Below are positions 51,401 to 64,000 of a stretch of 64,000 bases of DNA, piece by piece; position 1 is the stretch's first letter; the number at the start of each line of letters is the position of its first letter. The position numbers and the translations under genes are program-made. Under the pieces are notes generated by a model. That model saw nothing but the letters and a program-made list of their open reading frames with translations, did not search any database and was not told the DNA's origin. This DNA comes from Catajapyx aquilonaris (Eukaryota), in the NCBI GenBank assembly GCA_000934665.2, contig KZ537965.1, positions 1 through 64,000 of the forward strand, read 5' to 3'.

Positions 51401-53430
51401 GAGAGCAAGTGGGGAATATTTTTTTAAAAACTGTGGCACTGTGATGTCTAGCGGGACAAAAATGGGATATTCTGAGTAACCTTGACACATTTTTATTCGC
51501 ACTGGAATGAATTAGTGGAATTAACTTTATTCCCTGTTGTGCCAAATGATGCAAAATTGAATAAGCTTGTGTTACATGTCGATGCCTGACCTGTATAACC
51601 AGACGTGCAACACGAGTGAATTTACACCATGCTCGAAGAAAGGAAAAAAGGTCATAATTTTTAACTTTCAAATGTCATTTTTTTGCCATAAACAGCATAA
51701 CACACAGTGTATTACGAACACTATTTGAAAAATTCGATCTTTCGTGCCACTCAGTGTAATTATTGTGCGTTGGGAATTTGTCTCTTGGCGGGAAAAATCC
51801 ATTAGTAGTAAAACAACACTGATGCTCCGGTTGAATATTACAGCAGATTATATCAATTAGCACTTAGCATAATGTCTCATTATGGACATTTTTTTGCTTT
51901 GCAAATTTTGTGCACGAATTCAGCTCCAGTATACAGTGTATTTTCCAATGCTGCAATGTGAGTTGGAAGTTAATTCGGGTGAAGATATACTTATCATGAT
52001 TTGTATTATTAAGTCAGATTAACGCAGATCATATCTGTGACATAAAATATGAAACCTTTAATGCCTTATACAAAAAGGCAATTTTGAGGTTAAATATTTC
52101 AGGCTCAAAGGACTGTACTCTACATCTTACAGATCAGATCTACATGCATTATGCTTCCGCTCTTTGTACAGTACAAGGCCTAAGATTATCTAAATTCTCT
52201 CGGAAATGAGGAAAACTAGAATATTTGAAGAGCCTACTTCATAGGCTGCCTTGCATGAATCATGCGGCCTTTAAGAACTTAATCAGGCCAAAATTGTTCT
52301 CATTTTCTTAGCAACTTCGCCGTGATGGAATGGCGGCGAAATTATTTACTGTTTAGGACACCGCCTCGCTTTCCCAGCAAATTAATTATTAGCGAATCCC
52401 CCCCAGTGCTTACTTCCGAAAGTTCTGCATTACTGCACCAATTTGCCACTACTGCAATGTGTCAATAATCAATACGTTAAAGCTGCATTAAATATATATG
52501 CGGATTGAAATATTTCTCGATTTATCAATATTTGTCCTGGGGTGTAAGTCAGGCGGCAAAAATTAACATTATTTTTTTACATATCCTTGCACTGGTCACA
52601 GTGTAATGATTGGGTTGTCCCACAACCAACAGTGATTTCCATTGACACCTGTAAGTTGATCGATAGAGTGAATCGTGGTAAAAGAGAGAGAGAATCGGAT
52701 TGACTGGCATCACGTGAATGTTAGGAAATCATTAATACCCAGGGCATGTACCATTCCATTTCCAAGATGGAAGTGGAAAATTGTTTGCTTGGATGATTTA
52801 TTGCCTGGGATCATGTTGCCACTTGGGCGCGAAATTGGGCCGTATAACTCTGATATAACTCGTGAAGACTTTGTTTCGCGGCAGGGTAAGAAATTCCGAA
52901 CGTGTCGTCGACATAAAGGGCACCACGTACTGGGTACAGTGCAATGTCGCATGTTCCGGTGTATTATAATTGCACTGGCGAAACAATGATACTATGGAAG
53001 TACGCCACGCACTGTAAATTTTATCCCCCCAGGAGAACAAAGTTCCGAGACAATTTTTTTTAACTGTTTCAGGGGGAGGCCGAGCTATATAATTACATTT
53101 TACGTGTTCGCATTCACGGAGTTTACAATTTCAGTAACAAATGGTGAAATCATAATCGGTAAAGCCTGTTCGCCAGCGCTAATGCAATCTCGCATGTTCC
53201 CAACTTGGACCAACATGGGAACCACCCTCAGCGGGACATACATATTCAAGTAGCAAGCACGCTACAGCCCCCTTTTTTTAGAACTTTGTTCTATGCACCT
53301 CATTGTTTTCAGTGCATACCTGAGAAACTATTCTCCTGGAGGCTGGAATAAACACTAATACACCAAGCTTATTTCTAGAGTACTTATAAGTTTCAATCAA
53401 TTCTGCCCTGTATATGTGTACAGGCATTAG

Positions 53431-53667
53431 TTGAAACTTTACAAGTACGGGCCAAGAATGTGAGATTCTACCGTGTGCAACTTGGATGTGAGTAGTTTCA
53501 CATTCTTGACCTGTACTTGTAAAAAAAAGTGTTCTGCCTGCATACAATGTACACTACAATAGCGTACAACCAGAACAGAATTGGTTGAAACTTTCTTATT
53601 ACAAGTAGACTACAGGTCAAGAATGTGAAACTACTCACATCCAAGTTGCGCATTGTAGAACCTCACA
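53431..53667. repeat. Nested inverted repeat (fold-back) with a 39-bp perfect stem
   Basis: 53477-53515 is the exact reverse complement of 53611-53649. The arms extend imperfectly to 53459-53520 and 53601-53667. 53441-53463 is also an imperfect inverted copy of 53498-53520. Confidence 0.9.
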
Positions 53668-56600
53668 ACCCTGAAGGTAGGACCATCAACTTTTCAAGCT
53701 GCAACTTGGAGCGTGTACACCGGCCTGTTTCCACACCAGTAGCAGCCTCGTGCATTTTCTATGAGCATGTTTCCGCGTGACATGCACCACCGGTGTAGGA
53801 AATGAAGGCAAGGTATATCTCGTTTGAACCGGAGCCTAGATGCAGGCTTTTCCACACCCAGTATACCAAGTAATTCAATCCAATCAGGCAAATAGTTGCG
53901 TCGTGTCAACAAAAACCATGATTTTGGGGGCTAGACATTTCGGGAGAGGGGGGTTTAGCTTGGTGGAGAGGGCTACCATCTCCAGAAGGCTTTTTGGCCC
54001 CCTCTGAGAGGGAGGGTGTTGGCACTCACTATAGACGGAGGCGTAATTAGATCGAGCACGTATTGACGAGGCGGCGCCGGGCGCGGCCTCGTCCCCTCCT
54101 TTCCTTCCCGCCCATCAAAGCCCCTTCAATTAGTTCGCCATCGACACGAGGAAAAAGGGCCAGCCCCCACATCTCCTCCCCTGAAAACCAAACATTACTC
54201 ATATTACTCGGCCTATTCGGCCACTGGGCGTACCAAAAGTTAGTCTGAGAAAAGCTGATATTGTATAGCAGCATATGCTGGTGTTGGGCTGCTACTGTCA
54301 CAAGTGGTTTTCCTGTTGTAGTCGCAATCGACTTCATAGAGTGGAACATGGCATTAGTGCGTTGATTAGGGATAATCCCGATTTATTTTGGAGCGTGTGG
54401 TGCTGCCGCGAGTAGGCCTAGCTCCATGCAGGTCCTGTAATGAACTGGCCCAACCAATTTGTTTATTGCTTTGAAGTCCGGGCGCACACCAGTATTACTC
54501 CCTCGAAACGAATCAGGCGGCAGAAATTGCAGTGGCATGACCTGTCCGCAAAATGAGCCAGCGGTGCGACCTTGTCCAAAGTTGTTGCATGTAATTTGAC
54601 CCCCTGAATAAAAAAAGGTGGGCAGAGTAGATTTCTTAGCAGAAGTGCATACATTTACAAAGGGGGAGGCTAGAATCCTCCCAATTCACTCCATTACAGT
54701 CCCTGGTAATTAAGTTGGAGCTTGCAGAGTTGAGCCCCAGACTAATTTAGTCTCACCTAATCCCGTGGCGCCACCTTCGAGCAAGAACTACGTTTGAAGT
54801 GTTAAGTCGAAACGCTCCAAATTTTTTATTTTATTTTTAAACGTACCCTAGGATTGGGTTTAAACCAACCCAATGGTTTTATTATCCCGGTGCGACTGTA
54901 CTTTTGACCGCAAACTACTGGTTAGTACGAAGAGTTCTCGAAAACGGGGTGAAAAGCAAAGCGAGGGCTGCTCTCATAGGAAATCCCCAATTTGGAGGCT
55001 TTCAATTCTGTCCCCCCCTTCCTCTCTTCACATGTCCCGCATGCCATTTGCCTTGTTAGGTTTGCTGTGATAAACCACAGGAACTTGGGGCCCCAGCATA
55101 CCAGGCTCCGTTTTCATAATACTGCCTGCTGAAAAGGTTCACCACCAGCACTGCATGCTTCTCTCCTCCCTATTGCTTTGCTCATTTTTGTTGCTTTTGG
55201 ATTGCAGGAGGGGGGACCTAGCACATTCTAAATTAACCCGGCTTAATAATGCCTGGAACTCGACATAATTTTGCGTGCGATTTTGGCTGTTGTCCCGTGA
55301 TTTCTTCGCGTGACTGGCCAAATCTCGGCGTCTTGTCTTGAGAAACGGGGTGATAGGAGGGGAGCAAAGAAAGCGTAGATAATGGAGATTGACAAGAGCC
55401 GGGGGTGTGGAGAGGGGGCTGTTGGAGGTCCTGCCACACACAGCTAGAGAGAGGCTTACCTTATCGCGAAAGGAAAAGTTGGGCCAAACTACATGTTAGG
55501 AGCTGCGGGGGATAAACCCTTGACAAGTCGCTAATATGTCCTCATTTACTGCAAATGAAGCAATTAAATCGAAGCCTGTAATCGGGAACCCTCCTTGTCC
55601 CGTGTACCGAAAATTGGAGCCTCTGCGGCACTCGGTTTGCTGCTTAATGAATCATTACCGAGCGAGGGTAATGTCAGTCTATCATTTGAGGCGACTCGGG
55701 AATTACTTGGTGCTGTGCGTATCTTTTGCAGAAATGAGGTTTTGCACTTGCAGTGCGAAAATTAATTGTCAACCGGACGCCGTTTTGCTGTGAATATTCT
55801 ATAGCTCTGCACAAACGACTGTTAATACCAACAGGCTTTTGACGCTATTTTCTGACTTAACTAATGAACCCGCTGTACTCAGTCGCCGATTTGCCACGTA
55901 GTACTATTCTTCATGCATAGATGGCGCATCCTCCCTCGGCACACTCCTACCATCCTCAGATCGTGCGAGAGATGTTTGTCCAAATATCCGACGGAGAGAA
56001 TAAGCCTGTTAGGAGAAAGATGTCATATTTGTGCTCAATACTTATCCTGTCAGTCAGGCTTCCCGGTGAACAAAAGAGTCGAATGGGTAGCCCTGATTAT
56101 TTAGGATAAACCGATTTGCAATAGACAAATCAATGGTAATTATAGGAAGAGGTCCACCAATACGGGTGAATTCTGCCCATTTGTATAATTTCACGTGTCT
56201 CACTTCTCCGTTTCAATTTCCGTTTTGAGACTTGCAAATAATTCTGGCGTTGCACACTTTTTTGCTGGGTCAAATTCCCCGAGTCCAGCGACTCTAGTCG
56301 GCACCTCCGAAGCAGCAACAATTATGAATAACTGAATGGGTTTCCTTCCAGAGTGGAGGTTCGGTTAGGTTAGTGCCCCAAGTTTCCACAGATATTAATT
56401 CTAGTGTCAGACAGCCCAGGCCTGAAAATGTGTTGATAGCCGTGTAATTGGCCTAGGATTCTGCACATTGTTTCAAGTGATGAGAATTTCATTACTCTAA
56501 CTTGGTTACTTCCCTGGGTGATGTAGACCCTTCTGGTTGCTGCAACAGCGACGGATGGGCACTGCTTGAACTTCCCAAAATTACCATGGTTGAACGACCC

Positions 56601-59600
56601 TCTTCCTCTGCTGTACCACATACAAGGGACAGAGCAATTCATGACCGCTTTACGGCCTTGCACCTTGTTCTCAGCATTTTTTTCTTTCTTCCGGAGCTTC
56701 TTTTTTGGTAGAATGGAGGACACGATGCGGGTAATCGTGAAAGATTGCGACGGCAAGCCAAGCCTTGGTAGGTCGTCATTTTGAGTGGGTGAAAACAGCA
56801 GTGCCAAAAGCCTCCGATCCACAAGCTTCGCAGTTTTGCTGCTTTTCCACCCACCCCCAACACAACCCCCTCTCCCTTTCCCAGCTTTTTGGGCCTTTCC
56901 ATGCTTGTGGCTTCATAACGCCTCGCCATAAAACACCGTTGTTGGAACCATTGTCTGCACTTTATCTCGCCAGGTTTCAAATCGTAATGTGACTTGTCTG
57001 TAAATTTATATCCCTGAGTGTTTAGTGGGCCGTGTGTGCTGCAGCTATCAACGCCAGTGGTGATAAAGCTTCGGGTTTCGTTTCGCCTCCGGGATACTTA
57101 TGCCTCGGGTTCACACACCGACATACCCGCTGCACTTGCCTTCTCTTTGTGGTTTGTCATCTTCCGCAATATTTTTTTTGGTGTGCACCGAGGATGAGAG
57201 GCCATGAAGGCGGAAATGACGTAGCTCTTTAAAATAAACACGGAACACTTGCTTTGAAACTTATGCCAAGATGTACACTCACGTAAGAAAAATTAGCTTA
57301 GAACCATAAATATTGCTCTCAAAATAATTTTTTAAATTTCATAACGCTCACATAAGAAAACATGCAGATTCATCCACCAAGCCCAAGCAACAACAGGGCT
57401 TCTAACCGAATAGTTGTGTTTTATCACACACATTATCCATTAAGGGACCGTGTGCGTCGCATGATTTCGCAGCTGAAAGAATGTACCAAGGAATGTCCTA
57501 TATAGACCAAACTCTCAGCAGAGGCCTCGAGGTTCCCTCAATTTTCCGGATTAGGCGACCCTCGTGCATATTCAAGAGGGTGTGGCGCAAAAATGCAGAT
57601 ACTGATTATATCCGCCCCCGAGTATGCTGCCCTTACAACACTGCTGGGGACGATTTATGGGGGTTGCAAAAGTCCGCAACATTCGTGCAGGCCTCGAAAA
57701 ATAAAGTAAAACTGTGGCCATTTACTATATGTAGACTCTTTAGTCAGGAAATGTCTTTAAGTAGATTTTGAGTGGGGTTTGGGCATGTTTCATAAGCTTA
57801 AACTTGCGAGAGATGGTAGTGTGTGTTGGAGATTACGCACCGTGATTTAGTCAAACGATCATATTGAATTAGGTATTCCAGGCACGAAAGGGGGGGGTTG
57901 TTGAAGAGAGGAAGGGGGGATTGAGGGCTACTGCCTAATTATGATTACAATTTGAGAGGATTAGTTGGATGTTGAGCCGCAGAGGTAGACGTCATCATCC
58001 GTCTTGGGAAATGGGCCGCAGAAGTATCCTTATACGACGGCACGTGTGGCCCTTTATCAGCCAGATATATATTACTGCAGGTAAATTTACAAAAAAAAAT
58101 GAAAAGTGAAATTCCAGGCTCTGGATGTTTTGCACCAATTTCGTACCGGCACCCATTTGTTTCCTGTTGATACGAAGCTGATTTTGCAAAACTAAGACTA
58201 ACAATTTTGCAATTTCCGACTGCTCTCACGCTAGTCTAATTCATATATAGGGTAAGCCCATAATTTCCAAGTGTACTTACTCTTTGCATGTTGCTACCCA
58301 CGAGCCGCAATTTTTTTTTCCGACCACAGTCAGACATTTGTCACTTTTGTATCCTATGGTGTGACCCGGCCGTAAGCGATTTAGCGCATTATTTGCCTAT
58401 TTCTGTCACATTTCGCATGACAGGCTAAGCGAGGGGGTCTCCTCCCGATACTTGTAAACATGATTGACACAATAAATAACGAATTATCGCGTGGAACCCG
58501 CGCATTTTTATGCCTGTCAGCACATGAAGAAATCATCAGTGACAACCATAAACATCGGAGCGAATTACAAAGCCCCCAACCAGTTTTTTCGCAGATTCAA
58601 CGATTAGGAAACAGTGGGCTAGTCTAATGCAAAGCATCACGCGGGAGGACTTTATGGGCCAACAGACCATCTAGTTAGCATTGCGTGAAACGTAAAGAAT
58701 TCTAATAATAGGTTGCAACGGCAGCGTTTCTCATTAGACTGCAATCCGATCCTATCTGAAAGAATGGAGGTCTTGAAGGTGGGCTGCCTTCGATAAAAAA
58801 AATTTGAAGATAAAAAAGTAGTGTTATAAGGGGGGGGGGTGTGATTAAGTCTTTCGTGGCCTTTTTGAAGGCTATTGATCTTTTAGAGTAGCTGCTGCAT
58901 CCAGCTAGGGCTGCCACCGCCTCAAAATGTGCTCCCAAAGTCACCCACAGGAATAGACTTTCTCTCTCCTCCAACCCGAGCGACTAATGGTTATAATTAC
59001 GCCTCCATAAGCCCCGGTTAATGCAACTTTTGTTTTCCTCACCCGAGATTGCACCAGCTCGACCTGCATGGATTTTTAGACAAAACCGCGTATGCGCACT
59101 TTCCAGTACTGGCTGTTCAGATTATTATTAAACATTTGGTCCACACACTGCATATTTTACTTCAAAAAATGTTTTTTTTTTCTATCAGAGTGAAAAGGGC
59201 ACGTAGACCATTGCAGAACAAGGTGTATCTGCCGTTTGTTTTCCTCGCCCTGCAGTTTGCCATCTCGCGAGGGCAGTTCTAGCCTGCTATTTTTTCGTTC
59301 GTACTTCTGACTTCTCTAGGCTCTGCCTTTTAAAAAAAAGAGGTCGCGACAGGAAAAGGTCTGAAGAATACTGAATAGGCAAGTGGCGCGGCTTTGCAGC
59401 TGCGGCCCATAAGGCTGGAGAAGGAGAGAATATGTTTGGGGCTGTCAGGGAATGTCGAGGAACACCTTGTGCGAAAAACGGAAGAAAAGGTCCGCTCTTT
59501 CTTTTTTGATCCAGTAAGGATGTTGGCAGCTTCTCTCGGTTGTAAACACACAAGGTCGGTGCAGTAATTCACGTTTCTTGACAGATGCTTGCGACCCATG

Positions 59601-61542
59601 CGTTGTATCGAGGAGTTGTACGGGGGCGATGCCTCGAGGGTGCTGGAAAAGGGGTCTGGAATTTGAGGAAGCAAACTTCATCCAAAAAGAGCCTGGAGGA
59701 CTGAGGATGACTTCATCAGGGAAGGAAAAGGGGAAGGGAAAGGGATCGATGACTGCGTGTGAACGACCCAAGTCTGGCTGCATTTATCGAGTTTATGGAA
59801 ACGAAGCTCTCTCTCTCTCTCGCCCCTTGCAAGGCGGCTCACCCTTGCCAGTACACTGGAGATAAGTAATTGCCACAGCACATGCAAGCTGGTCTCGAGC
59901 CCAGATTGATGGACACCTGGCGTGAATTGGCCTAGAATTATTTTACGAGTCATTTAGTGCCCTTCTTGGTTGTTACGGAAGCGTCCCACCAGAGGTCTCT
60001 GATGTAACAGCCAGAGAGCGATCTGACCTCTGGTGAGACGCTCACACACTCCTGATGCTGCACCATTTTGTAAATATTGTAGGATTCCGGGGAATTCTAG
60101 AGAATAAGACGCTATCTTGGTTCTAATTAATAATCCAGTACAAACTTCCATAAAGAGTCAGTGAGGTAATCCAATTATCGCGGTCCCAAAACGGCATGGT
60201 CGCATTGGGGGTACAGTCGGATCGGATTAGCTAATCACCATGCGCCCCTGTGAATCTTGGCTGCTGAAGCGAAATGCCAATAACACTTGCAACCAGCAGT
60301 TTTATGCCAGCAGGACCCGGTTTTCGAAGAGCCAAAAAAGGGGTTTGAAAGGACAACGCTGGTATTTTTTGGGGGGATGGTATCATTTAAAACTGCAGGG
60401 TCTGGCTGTGACAGAAGAACGGATTATCCCCGTACTCCTGATTAGGGTATCGATTAAGCTCTTTTGTGTTGCGAATTCAAAAACTGCTAACCTGCGCTAA
60501 GGAAACACAAGCCCGCATCTGCTCTGAAAGCACACACAAAAAAATGGCGGAAAAAAGAAATGAGTTGGCGAGTGGGCCTGTAAAGCATGTGGATCTTCTC
60601 CTGTTCGTGACAGTATGGCTCTTGGCAAGTTGGGAAGCGAGCAGCAAGAGGTCCTCAACCATTTGGAAATCAGGGCATGTTTCCTCCAGGCCCCTACTCG
60701 GAAGCTTCGCAACGGCAACCAAGGGCGCAAGAGAAAAAACTTTTTAATTTTGGGAGGAATGTTGCGCGCTAAGCGGCCGGAAATTACCGCGGGAGGTACC
60801 GCTGTTCTATTATATATTTTTTTCTCGCAAAATTTCGGGGCGTGTGTGCAGACTACCCCTCGAGCTTAAAGATTGGGGCAGGTGTTGCTCCCTTGTTGAA
60901 AGGTCAAAGGGTGTCCCAGCAGGGGCAATATTTCAGCAAGGTATTTACCAGAAAATGGGTGGTCCTCGCAGTATCGCGTCAAACTACGGCGCCGTCTGGC
61001 AGGACCATGATTTAGTGACCACGCCTGGCTGACAAATCATGTGGTGCATGGACCACGCTTTTCCAGATGTGACGATAACCGATATTGGGTTTCACCACCT
61101 CATGCCGCCCAATGGATGTATCCGGCTGATATAATTAGTTATCAAGATTGAGGGTCGCCTATCAACCAGCTCATATTTAGCAGGGTGTTTTAATAATTGT
61201 GCATGTGGATCGTGTGTTTTTGGGGGGGGAAAGAAAGTCTTGTGCAGGGTTTATGACCGCTTTCCGGGCGAATTAGAACTACTAAAGTTCTCAGAAGAAA
61301 GCATGAAAGACCATAAACTATGCAAAGGGTTTTCGCGTTCTATTCGGAAACGGCCGCCTTAGTTAATACAAAGTTGTTTTTAGAGGCCCTTTTATCATCC
61401 GAGCAAGTGCCCTGAAGAATCGTAAAAAGCCGACGTCTTGGACCCCGTTTCTTGACCTCCCGAAAAAGATGCGGTGTTTCAAATTGGCCACGAAAAGAGC
61501 ACGTGGATTATCCTCGGGAAGCCTACTAAAAATTAAAATTTT

Positions 61543-61769
61543 TACCCAAGTAACTGCTACCGATCACTGCTACTCTTTGAACAGCAGTCTCTGTAGTCAA
61601 AAATCGCCGTCGCTCTATACCCAAGTAACTGCTACCGATCACTGCTACGTTGCGAACAGCAGTCTCTGTAGGCAAAAATCGCCGTCGCTCTATACCCAAG
61701 TAACTGCTACCGATCACTGCTACTTTTTGAACAGCAGTCTCTGTAGTCAAAAATCGCCGTCGCTCTATA
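61543..61769. repeat. 75-bp tandem repeat, 3 copies
   Basis: The unit TACCCAAGTAACTGCTACCGATCACTGCTAC[5 variable nt]GAACAGCAGTCTCTGTAG(T/G)CAAAAATCGCCGTCGCTCTA starts at 61543, 61618 and 61693. Confidence 0.95.
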
Positions 61770-63202
61770 TCCACACCGTCATTTCGGTTAGAAATAACAG
61801 GTTGTCTATCAGTCTCGTCTTTCCTGTTCCGGGCAGAGTTTCTCGCTTGCTTAGGTTTCCTAAAGCAGTTTCTCGGGAAGGTGGAAAGAAACAGATCCCT
61901 AATGAGGCTGCATCTAACGGCAGATCGGTTTCCGCCTCCGTCCTCGTCTTTCTGTTGTGCAGAAGCTTTCGCAAGCCAGTTCAGCCCCAGGCCGCCCCCG
62001 CCTCCTCCTTTTGCAAGCTGTCACTCGAGAAAGAAGGTTTCCTTTAGTTCAAACTAATTAGGAAACCCCCTACCAGAATAACACTGGCTGGTTATGAAAC
62101 TGCTATCACGGTTGTTGTGAGAAAGTGTATTGCTAGGGGAGTGGTCGCGTTGATATTACTGCAGCTGTTGGGATTCTGATGGTGCTGGGGAGTAGGAATA
62201 TGGGGAGTAAGATACACACGGCAATGTTTAGAGTTCCAACTCTCTCTGAAGCAGTGAATCAGTTTCAGGGAATTCCAAGTCCCATCTGCTATATTCCATT
62301 TTTTTATCCATTTCCGACCGTCGCTGAGTCGCGCCATGGCTTGGGAATTACTTCTCTTCAATCGACCATTCATTAGCCCACTTTCAAACTTTTGATGACA
62401 GTGAATCCTATTATCCTGCAGAGTTTTCGCAAATGGAGCTCGGCGGGGTTGGGAGAGAGAGAGGGAGCGAGAAAAATATGTAGAAAGAAGGAAAAAGGGT
62501 TTTGGGGGGCCGAGCGAGATGCTGATACCGAAAGTAAAAGACTTAATTATGGTTCCTTAATTCGATGCGGATCCGGAGCTGAACAGTGGTCGCTTTTTGC
62601 AAATGGTGCCCCCGTGTTGTTTTTTCCCCCATGGCTATTTCTGAAACTTTGCGTGCCTGCTGAGCTTGCGAAAAAGAATGACAAGTTTTATAGCCGCACT
62701 CCTACGGTGTTTGTTAAGCGTATTGCCCCTGTGGACGTGTAGCACGCAGATCAGCACAAAAAGAGTGGGGCCAACAGCCATGAAATCAATGGATGACTTT
62801 ATTATGCGGGGAGGAGGAAGAGTGGGGGACCATTTACGTTGTGATGATTTAAAATTGGGAGGGTGTGTGTTGGGTGTATATTACGGGGTGTAAATTAAGA
62901 CTTCGAATGGTGTCATTGGTGCTTGAAGGTCGTCCAGTGCAGTGGTTGACATGGATGGCTTCATTATTCTGCCTCTGATTTATAATTTAAATAACATAAA
63001 ACCCATTGCCCTGTACTGTATGAGTTAATGTCAGTAGATATCACAAAAATTAATTAATTCATGCCTCGCAAGCCCTAGCGTGTAGAGTTAAACCACACTT
63101 CATACTAATGATATACAGCATTGTGTGCGGTTGTGTGAAATGCAGCCATACGCTGCATGCTAATGAACTGTGTGTACTGTATGGTGCCTGTAATAACCAT
63201 GT

Positions 63203-63278
63203 TACTAACGTTTATTTATCTTTCTCCGCAGGTAAGCAGTGTGCAACCTTTCTCATTCGCCCAACCATCACAGTAAGT
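63203..63278 (+). other. Candidate recursive splice site (ratchet point) with 41-nt cryptic exon
   Basis: Perfect branch TACTAAC 63203-63209, AG-free tract tttatttatctttctccgCAG ending 63231, immediately followed by GTAAGC 63232-63237. A second donor CA|GTAAGT lies at 63273-63278, giving cryptic exon 63232-63272. Confidence 0.78.
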
Positions 63279-64000
63279 GGTGCATCAATAATAAATTCGG
63301 CCCTCGTTTACTTGTTTACTTGTGAGCAAAACGGCCACAAAACATTTAAAAATATTTTGACAAAATGTGTTGCATGTGAGTATATTGTTGCTTGAAATTC
63401 ATGTATTTCTTCACAGTCATCTTTCGTTTTAATTGCTTTTGGGTCAACCGTGTTATCTTCTGCAGGCGGCGAGTTGCTTTAGCTTAAATTGCATGACACT
63501 TATGACCCGCTTAGGTGAACGACCCCGACCGGTAACATATATACGTCTTGCGAATATTACTCTCCCAAGATAAAGGTTATTCCCGCCCATACATTCGCCG
63601 CCCATTGTGTCCTTTTGCACAGTACAATCACAAAGGCTTGTTTACGAAAACCCGCCACCTCGAAAACAAAAGGACAAGAATCAGAGTGGCCTGACCAGTG
63701 GAAATTACACTCGAGCGACCCTGCTGGTAACCACTTGAGTGTTCCGGCAGATATAGGCTGTCCCGGACACGGTTCTGTGCCCCATGGGCTGGCTTCTCCG
63801 GGACAAAACAAACCCCGGAGAAAGTTTTGTTACGCGGCCCAGGCACACTGCCCACATGATAAGAGAACGGATAGTCATTTCATCCATTTCGCACAATATT
63901 TGCTAGCAATTTCACACGGTGCAGAAAACATGTACGAATCTTATCCTCTGTCTCCGGATTCAGGACGAGAGGAGCCGCAGCTTAATCTAGGGAAACGTGC

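Noticed and set aside
61469..62047. Longest ORF in the track (192 aa) with a 25-aa repeat
   Set aside because: Its length is explained by the stop-free 75-bp tandem repeat, which is also open on the minus strand. It has no recognisable domain or convincing splice context.
1..64000. Remaining short ORFs of the six-frame track and abundant TAATTA/TAATTG homeodomain-like motifs
   Set aside because: The ORFs lack domain signatures and many begin at non-ATG codons. TAAT motifs are suggestive of enhancers but cannot be delimited or distinguished from background without conservation data.

Overview
This is eukaryotic DNA, almost certainly animal. An arthropod or other invertebrate is plausible, but that is an inference. 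It is non-coding except for one clear internal exon (31819-32160, + strand, phase 1-1, 342 nt) encoding an immunoglobulin V-type domain of a cell-surface protein. No other coding exon was recognisable in about 32 kb on either side, so the window probably lies inside two very long introns. The most striking signal is two near-perfect recursive-splice (ratchet-point-like) sites on the same strand as the exon, at 5640/5641 and 63231/63232. Each has a TACTRAC branch point with the A exactly 23 nt before the acceptor G, a pyrimidine tract, CAG directly abutting GTRAG, and a second GTAAGT donor 40-41 nt downstream defining a short frame-shifting cryptic exon. Weaker candidates lie at 15815 and 44499. 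The rest contains two Tc1/mariner-type MITEs with TA target duplications, an inverted pair of Helitron-like dispersed repeats, four minisatellites, a 39-bp perfect fold-back, many G/C homopolymers and small assembly gaps. Nearly all ORF-track ORFs look spurious. All analysis was by eye; no database searches were run.
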